From: Camelus ferus
Taxonomy: Eukaryota
Direction of reading: 5' to 3'
DNA: 64,000 nt
Assembly: GCF_009834535.1 (NCBI RefSeq)
Contig: NC_045696.1
Span: forward strand, 117,678,001 to 117,742,000
The notes under the pieces were generated by a model. That model searched no databases, was not told where the DNA came from, and saw only the letters and a program-made list of their open reading frames with translations. The position numbers were made by a program, and so were the translations under genes. Shown here one piece after another: positions 12,455 to 24,525 of the stretch; within the stretch, counting starts at the first letter, position 1, and each line of letters starts with the position of its first letter.

Positions 12455-13030
12455 ATTGAATTAAAAATAGAATTACTATATGATTTAGCAATTCCACTTC
12501 TGGGTATAAATCCGAAAGAATTGAAAGCAGAGTGTGAAGATATCTGCACACCTATATGTGTAGCAGTGCTATTTACAATAGCCAAGAGGTTAAAGCAACC
12601 CAGATGTCCATTGATGGATGAATAGATAAATGAAATATAGTATATACATAAAGTGGAATATTATTTAACCTTAAAAACAAAAGAAATCCTGTCACATGCT
12701 ACAACAGGGATGGATCTGGAGAACATTATGCTAAATAAAATGAACCAGTCACAAAAAAACACATACTGTTTAATTCCACTTACATGATGTATCTAAAGTG
12801 GTCAAATTCTTAGACACAGAAGGTAGTATGGAGGTTACCAAGGTGGAGGAGGGGGAAAGGAAGGTTGTTGTTTAATGGGTATAGAGTCTCAGATTTGCAA
12901 GATGAAGAGTTCCAGAGAGCTGTTTCACAACAATGTGAATATATTTAACACTACTGACTATACACATAAAAATGGTTAAAATGGTAAATTTCATGTTATG
13001 TGTTTTTTTTACCACAATCAAAAAATAGGA
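12455..13030 (+). mobile_element. L1 (L1MA9/L1MB-type): ORF2 end plus 3' UTR
   Basis: aaaatagaattactatatgatttagcaattccacttctgggtata...; ends ttttaccacaat plus A-rich tail. Confidence 0.85.
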
Positions 13031-13039
13031 AAAATAAAT

Positions 13040-13586
13040 AAATTATTGACGATGCCAAAGATCTTTTGTTTTTATGGATTGCATCTATTGATACCATATT
13101 TGACATTAAAGTTGAGAAATGTTTAGAATAGTTATTTACAAATTCATTAAAAACAATAATCTAAAAGTCATTACCTATTTAAATAAATATATTTATATAT
13201 TAATACAGATAATTATATTAATTAATAATTAATATATTGATATATTTATGTTAATAAATGCTATGTTTTTGTTTAAAATTACCATATATTTGAAAATAAT
13301 TAGCAAGAATATTGGCATTGTTTTACATTTTGCAAATCTCTTGAATATAATCTGCCTCCTCAGAAGACAGCTGGATTTTCACATCTGCTTCTTCAATCAA
13401 TCTGTTGTCATGTTACACACCTTATAGACCCTGGGAAAGGGCACTGCACACTCGTAAGAGAATAAGAGTAAACAAATCAAATAATATCTCATGATTTTTA
13501 TCATGAACATAGTTTCAACCTTGCAGACCTCTTCTCAGGTCTCAGGGATTCCCACAGGTTTCCAGATCCCACTTGAAGAACCACTA
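13040..13586. mobile_element. hAT-Charlie DNA transposon remnant (Charlie1/MER119-like)
   Basis: ggcattgttttacattttgcaaatctc...agaagacagctggatt...catctgcttct; end ...acttgaagaaccact. Confidence 0.7.
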
Positions 13587-13622
13587 AGCAAGACCATTCA
13601 TCACCCCAACCAGCCAGGACTT

Positions 13623-14010
13623 TGTGGTCTATTGAGTTATTGGTTACAATTCCTGACTCTCAGGAGGTAGGAGTTGCATTCACACTCTTGCCATAGCCAA
13701 GTACATTCTCTGACTCCTTGAGTTTGGGCTTGGCCATGGGACTTGCGTTGGCCCATGGAACATTGGTTGTCTTGAGGCAAGCAGAGGCATTCAGCATCTT
13801 GGGTCGCTACTTCTCTTTCTGCTGGAGGCAGAATAAACACACATGGAGCAGACTTGAGTCCAACTCACAGGGAGGAGCCAAGCTCAACCAAAAGCCCAGA
13901 ATGAAACACAGTCCAGCTGAGCCCGACCTAGAACAGCTGATCCTACAGCAAAACTGAAGACTCATGACCATGAGAGTAAATACTCATTGTTGAATGCCAC
14001 TGAGTTTTTA
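13623..14010 (+). mobile_element. MaLR LTR (MLT1I/J-like)
   Basis: ttgggcttggccatgggacttgcgttggcccatggaa and the 3' ...tgttgaatgccactgagtttt are MLT1 hallmarks. Confidence 0.7.
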
Positions 14011-14399
14011 GGACAGGAGCCATGAAATATTACTGAAGGAGGCCCTGGAAGGAAGAGGCTCTCTTTCCTTGCATGGGGGGTCTTTTGTAACAGGTGGCTT
14101 TATGGCTCAAGATTGACAGACAGTCTTGTCAACCCAAGAAAAAGAGTCTAAAATAGCAGAGGATGTGAGAGAGGTGAAGAAATTATGTAGAGGGTGTTTG
14201 CCCAGAAAATTTCAGTGTCGTCGTGCGTTCTCGTATGTAATGGTCTATTGGTCGTGCTTCTTTTCTTATGAAACTACATTTAAAAATCTATCCAGCAAAT
14301 ATTTATTGAATAACTACTATTTTATGTTGGATTCCATGAAAGCAGACATTAAGACTTAGACTTGAGTGCCAGCAGCGTATCTGGGACAAGAGTGAAGGG

Positions 14400-14620
14400 G
14401 TTGGCAAAATGAGAAGGGAAGGGAAAAACACCAGTGAAAAGTGTGCATTAATCAGCGGATTATAAGGAGAGCCACCGGGGCTGAGGTCCATTAAAGACTC
14501 AGAAGAACCATGTGGAATAAAACTCAGAATTGTCCCCCAGGGCTGGGAATGCTGGGGTACTTATCCATTCATGGCCACCTCTGACTGGTGCCACGTTGCT
14601 TTTGGGTTTGTTCAACCTCC
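14400..14620 (-). mobile_element. ERVL LTR fragment (LTR16-like)
   Basis: ctcagaattgtcccc...gctggggtacttatcca resembles antisense LTR16. Confidence 0.5.
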
Positions 14621-15204
14621 ATCACTATCTTAGTTATTCTTAACATAATTTTATTGTCGAAGTGTTTTCAAATACAGCAGGAAATCCCTGGACTACTAAA
14701 AATGTGATTGGGGTGGAACAGGCTAACTGAACGTATTCCTGGTAACTCCTTATCTGGGCGTATTAATAAACCACACATGGATTAAAGCCATGGCTTTCAT
14801 AACGTGGTCCGGAGAGGAATGCCCTTGGTGCTTTCAAGAGAGTCATTCACAGTGAAATTTAAAATCTATGCGTTGGGCTACCATCAGCCCCGAGCTAAGA
14901 TTCCTTTAACAGGAAAGGATGGCACGTTGGGGCAAGATTTTTTTTCATTCTTGAAAACTTCATATTAGAGGTTGCTAATTTGCATATTAGTAGCCCCAAC
15001 TCTGCGTATCATTATATATTTCAGCTCATCTTTTGACTTGTGTCAAATAAATCATGACTAGAAATGCCTGCAATGAGGAAAATACCATGATAACATAGAG
15101 AAAAATCTCTCTCCAGGACACCCAAGCCTTTATTCCTGAAAATGTTCCATGGTTGCTTAATGGTTTTTAAAATCTTATCCTATCAAGAAGCTCCCTTTTT
15201 TATT

Positions 15205-15492
15205 GAAAGGATGAATGTTTTCCCCCTACTATCAGGAAAAGGCAAGGATGTCCTAAGAAATAAAAGACAAAGAATTTAAAAAGAGATTAAATATCCCCTT
15301 TTGCAAATAACATGACTTTTTTGAATGTAGAAAATTCCAAGGAATCTACCAAAAAACTTCAGGAAATAATAAGTGAGTTTAGCAAGGCCACAGGAACCAA
15401 GGTGAACAAATAAAAATTAATCCAATTTCTGTAAACAAGCAATGCAAAATTAGAAATGGAAGTTTTGGAAAACAAGATCATTTACAGCAGTG
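15205..15492 (+). mobile_element. Old L1 ORF2 (RT region) fragment
   Basis: tttgcaaataacatga...tagaaaattccaaggaatctacc...ataagtgagtttagcaagg. Confidence 0.75.
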
Positions 15493-15674
15493 TTAAACAG
15501 GTGAGATGATCTGGGCCTTGCTCTTGGCCAGTCAGGCACAATCTGAACAGAGACAGTTCTATTTCTGTTCTTTGAAGGCAGACACTTTTTGCTGGAGCTG
15601 AGAAAGCTCAGTGAATAATGTAAAACAGAAGAAACAAAGATTTAGAGAGCACTCATTGGCTTTCTAAAAGCTGG

Positions 15675-16216
15675 TACCAAATAATCCAATCATCTGATTC
15701 TAGATATCCACCCAAGAGAAATGAAAGCACGTGTCCGTATAAAGACTTGTGCACAAATGTTCATAGCTGCTTTATTCATAATATTCTTAAGCTTTAAACA
15801 ACCTAAATGGCCATCAGCTGGTGAATGGATGAAGAAATCGTGGCACATCCATCCTATGGAATATTACTCAGCAGTAAAAGGGAGTGAGTTACTGATATAT
15901 GTGTGGATGAAATGCAGAAACATTATCCTGAAATGAAAGAAGCCAGACACAAAAAGTATACACTGTATAGTTCCATTTATATGTAATTCTGCAACAGGAA
16001 AAACCAACGTACAGTGACAGAAAGCAGATTAGTGGTTACCTGAGGCAGTGGCTTGAGGACAATTGAGGAGCATGAGGAGCGAGGGAGATGTTCTATCAAT
16101 GGTGCTGGCAGATACACTGATAAATAAAGGTCTCATAATTCATTGAAATTGTTCCACTTAAAATGGAGCTTTTTAGTTTAGGCAAATTATATCTCATTAC
16201 TGTTGATTAAAAAAAG
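15675..16216 (+). mobile_element. Old L1 (L1MB/L1ME-type): ORF2 end plus 3' UTR
   Basis: ORF 15721..15936 (KTCAQMFIAALFII...KQPKWPSAGEW...MEYYSAVK) is L1 ORF2 C-terminus-like; an A-tail follows at ~16210. Confidence 0.85.
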
Positions 16217-16255
16217 GACAATCACTTTTCTTTACAATCTTCTATGAACCTTAGA

Positions 16256-16277
16256 GTTTTCTTTTTCTCTTTTCTTT

Positions 16278-16308
<31 letters not shown>

Positions 16309-16480
16309 GTCTTTCTTTCTTTCTTTCTGTCTTTCTGTCTTTCTTTCTTTCCTTTTCTTTCCTTTTTTCTTTCTTTTCTTTTTCCTTTCTTTTTCTTTTC
16401 CTTCCTTCCTTCCCACCTCTCTCTCTTTCCTTTTTTATTTTCCCTTTTCATTTTTTCCTTGTTTGTTTTATTTATTTTTC
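16256..16480. repeat. Pyrimidine-rich (TTTC/TTCC)n compound microsatellite
   Basis: Directly visible low-complexity array. Confidence 0.95.
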
Positions 16481-17104
16481 CTTAAAAAAATTTTTTTCCA
16501 ACTCCAGTGCCCCTCAACCTGCAGGTGGTTCCATTAATCTTGTACTAATAAGGAAGGCAATATCCTCTGGTCAACAAGCTGGAATATGAAAAGGGTCTGA
16601 CACCATGCTGTAACTATTTGGAGTCAGGTGTGATGAAAACATATGCAGTCAACTGGCTGATGGCATAAATCAGATCTGTACATGTATTTCTAAAACAAGC
16701 AAGGCTCCTCATGTCGAAAGACTGCAGCGGAAGAGAAGAGTTTTGGAGGCAAAAGGTATTTATTGCCAATGGCAACTACGCTGACTGAACCACCTCAACA
16801 GACAAAACTAAAGAAAGATAGCACTTCCTCTTAATATCAGATTCGGATCAATGAAGAATGATTCCTTCAGAGAGGAAAACCTCTGCTTGGTTCATTGAGA
16901 TAATAGTCTTTATATATATATATATATATATTTCCTAACCATGGAGATCAGGACTCTTCCAAAGGACAACTCACAAAGCAACTAAAAATGCAATCAAAGA
17001 GATTTCTTGACACTGAACACAGAGATTTAACTAATATAAATTTTCCTGTCTTTCTTTTCTTTTCTTTTCTTTTCTTTTTCTTTGTGTGTGTGTTTTTAAT
17101 TTTT

Positions 17105-17208
17105 TTGTTTGAGGGAGGAATTCGATTTATTTATTCATTTTTAGAGGAAGTACCAAGACCTCGTGCATGCTAAGCACACACTCTACCACTTGAGCTATAT
17201 CCTCCCCC
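17105..17208 (-). mobile_element. vic-1-type tRNA-Ala-derived SINE (internal deletion near the B box)
   Basis: gacctcgtgcatgctaagcacacactctaccacttgagctatatcctcccc is the antisense SINE head; T-rich tail on the left. Confidence 0.85.
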
Positions 17209-18204
17209 TTCATTTTTCCACACATTTTATTTGCAGTCACAATCGAAACCCCATCTCTCCATCTGAAGTTCACAGAGCCAGAAAGGAACCAGAAAGATTG
17301 TATCTGTGCATCCGCATGAGGGCATAAATCAATTGGGCCTTGGCAGGCAGGCCAGATTATGAGTTTGAGTCATGAGGATGTGACCAGGATCACTCCAGTT
17401 CAGAGGACAAAGCCACGTAGTGGCTGGATGATTTGGCCAAACATCCCAAGGAAGTTGGTACAAGTGCGAGGGATACATACATATGTGATGGTTTCCTGCA
17501 TGCAGAGGCTAATGGCTACATCTTGAAGGAACAGCCGCTGAAAGTTTGAAGTGTCCATTCCATTGCATGTTCATTTTATGTTAGCTACACCCTGCCAAAG
17601 AACAGCCAAAAGTTTGATCGTCAAAGAATGACCTAAAAATGAGAGGAACCAAACTGTTTCCTAGACAAACAGAGACGAAGTTTCATTCCTGGGCAAAAAT
17701 TATTTTTTTAATTATAAAAAAATATATTGACAAAAAAAGTTATTTGGAAAGATAAAAACCGAGTATCATCACCCTAATAGGACTGTTTTCAATTTTGGCA
17801 TTTCCTTCCTATTGGTCCATAAGAATAAAGACTTGTTTCTTTTACTAAAGTCTTAGCTTATTTATAATTTTGTTTTATGATTTTTGTCACTTAGCAATAA
17901 TTTTCATGAAGCCTAAAAATACTATTTTTAAAGGATTTCTTAGCTAGAAACAGGCATATGGATCATTCAATCTGGCCTCTCTTAAAGTGCTTTATCTGGA
18001 TTTTAATAAGTGTTAACCTGAGAAAAGATTCCGTGATTAAATAAATTGGCTGACCTGTGGTAAAGGTCGCATAGACTTGAGGAATGACTGCAGATACGAC
18101 ATATTTTCTGAACCTGTTTGATTGTAGCCCCCCTTTGAAAAGGAGCATTGCACAGGCTTTGTGTTTTACATAATTTGTTCTTTACAAAACAGTTCTTAGA
18201 TGAA

Positions 18205-18295
18205 TTTCTCAATCAGGAAACTGAGGCCCAGAGACATTAATTAAGACTCAACATTACACAGTTAATATGTGACAGAATCCAGACCAGAAAATTTA
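18205..18295 (-). mobile_element. MIR core fragment
   Basis: aggaaactgaggcccagaga...cacagttaatatgtgacaga. Confidence 0.6.
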
Positions 18296-21200
18296 TAAAT
18301 AAGTTTCCAGAAATAAAACTTCAACCCAAATCTCCTTTACTATTTTGGCTGAAATATTCTTACACAGCCACCAAAATTTCTCAGTTAGTGACAATTCCAT
18401 GAATACATTCCATATCATAACATCCTTCTGTTGAGTCAGTGGGACCAATGAGCACCTTAGGACAAAACGAGGTGTTGAAGCAACATCTATGGCAGGGTAG
18501 ATACTGAAGGAGTGACCTGGGGGCCCAGAGCTCGTGACAGATTAAGAAAGTTTATGCCTGGTTATGTGCAAATCAGACCAAATTGTTACTAAGTCCTGTA
18601 AGTGGGGATGACAGAAGAATGCTGTTGAGAAACTCCCCCAGGAAAATTTTGAGCAAAACGTTTCATTTTTTTGCTTTGATTTCTAAATGTCCTAAAATGA
18701 AACTATTAAAAAATGCTGCAGGAGACTATAATTCACAAGGAAAGGAACTGTCTTAGTGAAAGAACAGGTTTTTCTTGGTCCTCTAATGCTTTAATTTTGA
18801 TTCTGAAATCCTACCAAATATTTGGTCTGCTTGTCAGAATTGACGGATGAAATCCCACTATATTACCAAGGAATGGATTCTTGGCATCACATACAGTTCT
18901 TTCTTAAACATTGTTATTAGCTCACATACTAAAGTTACTTAAGGGCAACTCTATTACTAATGTCTTACTTCAAAGCACTGCTGTGGGTTAGGGTTATTTC
19001 TGCTTGTTAGAAGAGAAAAGAAAAGAGAAAAGAAATGAAAAGAAGAAAGCAAAGTTAAGTATTCTCTGCCTCATCCTCAGGATAGCAGATGACAATCCCA
19101 CGGTAAATTTGTGTTTCTTTTCATTAAGATTGTATCCCTTTGCTGTGCTGATATAACCAAGACCTCATGGGTTTATAAAGGCAGATGAATTGTCAGGACC
19201 CAAAGTTGTTGTTCTTGCCTTGTCTGTCCAGAATGGAATCTTCTTCTACTTTTAAAATCTCCGCAGAGTATTTCTGGGAGTCTCCAGAGGGCTGACCTTT
19301 ACCTGGCAGATACTGGGGTACCCGTGATTCACAACTGGCTTCTAGTCTAATGGGCCACTCTCAGGTATTTTGTGCTGATATTCACATATGGGCTGACAAA
19401 CAGACATCCAGTGTGCTCCGGACCATGACTGGCCCCTGGCAGTTGCGTGTCTCAAATATTCACTCTCAAATGTGACTCCTGCCAAGGTCAATAGAGCTCA
19501 CTGTGAAACAGTCTGCCTTCAGTGCTTCCCGAGTTACCGGTGTTTGATGTGTCACGGGGAACTGTGCCTAAAGGAAGGACTTGCACAAAGTCCGTGCCAC
19601 ACGGTGTCACCTGGAACCTGAAAGCTGACTTGCTTCTGCCCAGAGCTTCACAAAGTCCCTCATGAAAGCACATGAAGCGTCTGATCAGAGCCCTCAGATC
19701 CATCACCAGATGGACCCACTCCCAGCCTGGAGAGCTGGGTAAGTCTCAGAGGTTTCATCCTCTCTTCCAGAGTGCCACCCACTCTCTGCACTTCTGAACT
19801 CTGTCCTCAGCCAAATTCTTCCCCTTTCAACTAGTCACAAAGTGAAGATCCCTGTGAATATCGGTGGCTGCCACCTGATGCCCGTGGTGCCTTGGGAGTG
19901 ACTGTTGTTCTCACCAGTTGCCACCTGGATCACAAGTCAAACCAGAAAAAATACCCCTTGACACCTCTTACAAAGCAGTAGTCCTTGGAGGGCTACACGT
20001 GCACATTGGTATATATAAAATGACTTGCATCAGTAACAAGGGAGAGTGTGGAGGGGTGGGAAGGCTGTGATGAAGCCATCTGGAGCATTTATATTGAAAT
20101 AGCTGTTTCTTGGAGATTTAATAAAAGCATTGCCTGTTGACAACATAGACTGTTCTATCTCTACTGAGAAATGCCTTCCTTCTTAACTCAAAAAAAAAAA
20201 AAAATGCCTCGGTATCTTTTAATTTTGTTTCAGATGGCAGGAATTTAAGTTATAGAATTATTCCTTCAGATTTAAGGCCGCAGTGAAAATCTGATCTTTG
20301 AGATTTCCCATTTGAAAACAATGGATGCTATAAAAGAATGGAAACCCTGAGGATTGGCAGCCATGGTCAGTGGGAAACTTGAATGATGTTGGTCAAATTT
20401 GATTCCCAGAAGCTCCTTTAAACAATCTGAGATGATGCAGTCTTTCAAATAAGTCATGAAGTTTCAATCAGTGGAGCTGGAATATTTCCAAGATTAAAAA
20501 ATGGTAATCATCTGAAGCTGATTTCACATATTAAATCAATGTATCAACATAACTGTGACATCTAATATGACACTTGGCTCTGGTTTTGATGCTGAAAGAA
20601 ATACACAAAAAGTTATAATATGGTCACGTAGTTTAGTAAAAAATGTTACTTTTCATTGGGAATTTTCTTCAGTTTAAACTTATATTGTGATGGCAACTCT
20701 CAAACATACTGGTTTGTAAGTAACAATAATGGTCGGTTTCTCTGGTTTGATTTAGTTAGAGGAGAGACTCCAGTAGTCTTTATAAGGGGACAAGGGTACA
20801 GAGCAAAGGGGCATGGGAAGTATCTCAGAGGCACGATCCAGGAGGCACAGTGGTTGGATGGAGGTAGGTCATGATGAGGAGAGAGAAGGTAAGATCATTT
20901 CTGTTTTGCGTGTCTGCTTGGTTTGCTTTTGCCCTGGAGCCAAGGTAGGCAACCTGTTGTGTGGTGAGTTTGAAAGGATTTCAAATCCACTGGCATGTGA
21001 CCAGAATGGAGTTGTAAAGTTGTTTTGATCTAAACGTGAAATTGTATTGTCAGGATGGCCACTTGTGACTGTCCCACAAGCACTCAGGAGCTCCGCCACT
21101 GAGGGCACCGCTGGGGTGGAGCGATAACAGATGAAGAAGAAACTACAGCGAGGAGACCCTTAGACTGCAGACGCCAGAGTTTGTGAGGACTCTCCCAGGG

Positions 21201-21655
21201 CAAGGCGACTGTTGGATGAGCTAAATAGCTTTCTGAAGACCTTGGGGCGCTAGCTCCTGTGCAGGCAGTGGTGCAAACCATGCAGCGGCTGGAGGAAAAG
21301 CTCATCTTGCCGCCAACACTGGAGCCTTCCTCCCTAGCCACGTGCAGTAGCATCAAGGGACTTAGCTGGACGTCAGCTCCTGGCTGGCTAAGCCCACTCT
21401 CCTGAGAAGCAGCTCAAGGAAACTTACACTTCAGGCTTTAATCCTGTCTTCTCCTCCCTGCCTGGAGCAATCGTGTAATTCATCTATCATCGTTTGCCTT
21501 TTTTCATAGTGAGGGGTGTTGGTAATACAGAAATATAAAACTGCCTATTTTCTATGAGGAAACCAAAGGAGCCAGGTCCATCCTTTTCCTGTCCTAGGCA
21601 GACACAGATCTAGGCTGGGCCACTGGGGACAATCTCTTCCATGATTTACAATTTT

Positions 21656-23007
21656 TTTTTTTTTAAGTATGGTAGATTTACAGTGTTGTGTTAGTTTCTG
21701 ATGAACAGCAGGGTGACTCAGTTACATATATATATATATATATACACACAGACATACACATATATATTCTTTTTCAGATTCTTTCTCATTGCAGGTTGTT
21801 ACAAGATATTGAATATAGTTCCCTGTGCTGTACAGTAGGACCTTGTTGTTTATCTATTTTATATATAGTAGTGTGTATCTGCTAATCCCAAACTCCTAAT
21901 TTATCCTTCTCACCCCCCTTTCCCCTTTGGTAACCATAAGTCCGTTTTCTCTGTCTGTGAGTCTGTTTCTGTTTTGTAAATAAGTTCAGTTGTATCATTT
22001 TTTACATTCCACATGTAAGTGATACCATGTGATACTTGTCTTTCTATGTCTGACTTCACTTACAATACGTATGATAAGTATGATCATCTCTAGGTCCATC
22101 TATGTTGCTGCAAATGGCATTATTTCATTCTTTTTTATGGCTGAGTAGTACTCCATGGTATAAATATACCCGAGCTTCTTTATCCAGTCATCTGTCAATG
22201 GACATTTAGGTTGTTAATGTCTTGGCTGTTGGTAAATAGTGCTGCTGTGAACATTGGGGTGCAAGTATCTTTTCATCTTTTCCAGATATATGCCCAGGAG
22301 TGGGATTGCTGGATCATATGGTAAGTCTATTTTTAGTTTTTTAAGGAACCCCCACACTTTCCTCCATAGTGGCTGCACCAATTTACATTCCCACCAACAG
22401 TACAGGAGGGTTCCCTTTTCTCCACACCCTCTCTGGCATTTATTATTTGTAGACTTTTTGATGATGGATATTCTGATTGTGTGTGAAGTGTGACGTGGTA
22501 CCTCATTGTAGTTTTGATTTGCATTTCTCTAATAATTAGCAATACTGAACATCTTTTGTGCCTATTGGCCATCTGGATGTCTTCTTTGGAGAAATGTCTA
22601 TTTAGGTCTTCTGCCCGTCTTTTGATTGGGTTGCTTAGTTTTTTATTATTGAGTTGTATGAGCTGTTTGTGGGTTTTGGAAATGAAGCCTGTCAGTTGCA
22701 TCGTTTGCAAACATTTTCTCCCAGTCTGAAGGTTGTCTTTTTGTTTTGCTTATGGTTTCCTTTGCTGTGCAAAAGCTTGTAAGTTTCATTAGGTCCCATT
22801 TGTTTATTTTTGCTTTTATTTCTGTTGTCTTGGGAGACTGACCTAAGAAAATGTTGCTATGACTTACGTCAGAGAATGTTTTGTCTATGTTCTCTTCTAG
22901 GAGGTGTATGGTGTCCGGTCTTATGTTTAAGTCTTTAAGCCATTTTGAGTTTATTTTTGTGTATGGTGTGAGGGAGTGTTCTAACTTCATTGCTTTACAT
23001 GTGTCTG
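21656..23007 (-). mobile_element. Artiodactyl-type L1, 5'-truncated (~1.35 kb)
   Basis: ORF2 remnants ([18 protein letters not shown]...[19 protein letters not shown]), poly(T) on the left, and TSD catgatttacaatttt (21640-21655) / catgatttgctatttt (23008-23023), 14/16 identical. Confidence 0.92.
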
Positions 23008-23271
23008 CATGATTTGCTATTTTTACTGGGAACAGCAAGAAGACAGGGAATAGTCTGGATTCACACACCATGATGGTGATGTGGACTAGACTGGACATGG
23101 TGTGTGAACATAGTGGTAGTTATTTCACCCAGTTTACTTGTCTCTCCTGATCTTGCAGTTTTCTTTTTTTTTTTTTTTCATTTTTTTCCCAATGAACTCA
23201 CTTCTACTTAAGATAAATAGCTAACATAAAGTTAAATTAGTTATAACTAAAAAGATCGCCTATAATAGTTT

Positions 23272-23865
23272 TGAAGTGGGAGGAAAGAGGGCAGGGCACA
23301 ACCACTGAAGGAATGACACAGCAGTGAGGACAGGACAGACTGGTTAGAACCAAGATGGTGGAAGATTCGACTTCCAGTTGACCTTGAGCCTCATGGCACA
23401 GCCACAGGGCCATGGCAGCTCCTAGGCTGACCATGAAAGGTCCAAAAGTGGGCAGGGGGTGCATTTCTTAGAAATCCTCGCCCCTTCCCCAAAGTAGTTG
23501 GAATAATCCTCCTACTCATTAGTATATGAAATTACCAAGCCCATTAAATCTAACAACTCAGCACTTCAAGGTCGCTCTCTCTCTGACCTTCTGAGACGGC
23601 CCGCACTCTGTCTATGGAGTGTGGATCTGCTTTTACTTTAAACTAAACACCCTACACCTCTCAGTCTCTTTCCCTCTCACCTTTCTGAGACGGCCCACAT
23701 TCTGCCAATGGAGTGTGTGTCTCCTAAGCTGTTTTCCCTTCTGAGTGAGACAGATCCCACTCTGTCTATGCCATGTGTATCTCTCTAAATAAACTTGCTT
23801 TCACTTTACCATGCCTTGTTTTGAATTCTTTCCTGCAACAGGCAAGAACCTATTCTCCCACAACA
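23272..23865 (+). mobile_element. ERV1 solo LTR, MER41-like
   Basis: TG...CA termini, exact 4-bp TSD GTTT (23268-23271 / 23866-23869), aaccaagatgg motif, AATAAA at ~23788, and a 3' aataaacttgctttcacttta...gaattctttcctgc...caagaacc block as in MER41. Confidence 0.85.
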
Positions 23866-23869
23866 GTTT

Positions 23870-23980
23870 CATTGTATAGATAAGATGAATAAACTCAGGT
23901 TCAGTAGTATGAAAATCACCCAAGTTCATTGAGTTAATATGGCTAAATGGGACTAGAACTCATGTCTCTTAACTTCTTGG
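23870..23980 (-). mobile_element. MIR fragment
   Basis: agatgaataaactcaggttcag...cacccaagttca...gggactagaactcatgtct. Confidence 0.55.
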
Positions 23981-24007
23981 CTAAGACACTGGTTTTGGTT
24001 TTTGTTG

Positions 24008-24132
24008 TTATCGTGGTAAAATACGTACAACATAAAATATACCATTTTAACCATTTTTAAGTGAAGAGCTCAGTAGTGTTAGCTACACCCCAATTGTTGT
24101 GCAACTAATCTCCGGAACGCTTTCCATCTTGG
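24008..24132 (-). mobile_element. Old L1 (L1MA/MB) extreme 3' end
   Basis: gtggtaaaatacgtacaacataaaatataccattttaaccatttttaagtg. Confidence 0.75.
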
Positions 24133-24154
24133 ACAAAGATGCTTTCCATTGTAC

Positions 24155-24525
24155 CGCTGGCAGCACATGACCAGCCCAAATAAATCTCCCTTCCCGGCCT
24201 CCCTTGCATCTAGGACTGGGCAGTGGGTTGTGAGGAGATGTGACTTGTGCAGCCTCCAGGCTGTAACCTTGAGAGGAAGGAACACATCTTTCTTTTTCCT
24301 CTTTTCCACTTGAAATAAATGTGGACCATGAGCCGTTCTCATGGAGCCAGTACTTAGGGATGAAGGCAGAACAAACTTGAAGATCATCCTTGACAACTTC
24401 ACGAAACAGAGCTGCCATGATAGCTCTGACAATTATACATTAAAAAAAAAAATCTTATACCATTTAAGCTCTTTTTTTTTTTCTGGCTTGGGGAGCATTT
24501 CTCTTAGAGAAGCTGAACCAGTTGT
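24155..24525 (+). mobile_element. MaLR LTR (MLT1J/K-like)
   Basis: ttcccggcctcccttgcatctagg...ccatttaagc...gaagctgaacc. Confidence 0.6.

Noticed and set aside
16222..16537. K/E/R-rich and F/L/S-rich ORFs
   Set aside because: Microsatellite read-through on both strands.
21093..21110. CTCF-like ccactgagggcac
   Set aside because: One base short of the CCACTAGAGGGCAC spacing, so it is out of register with the motif.
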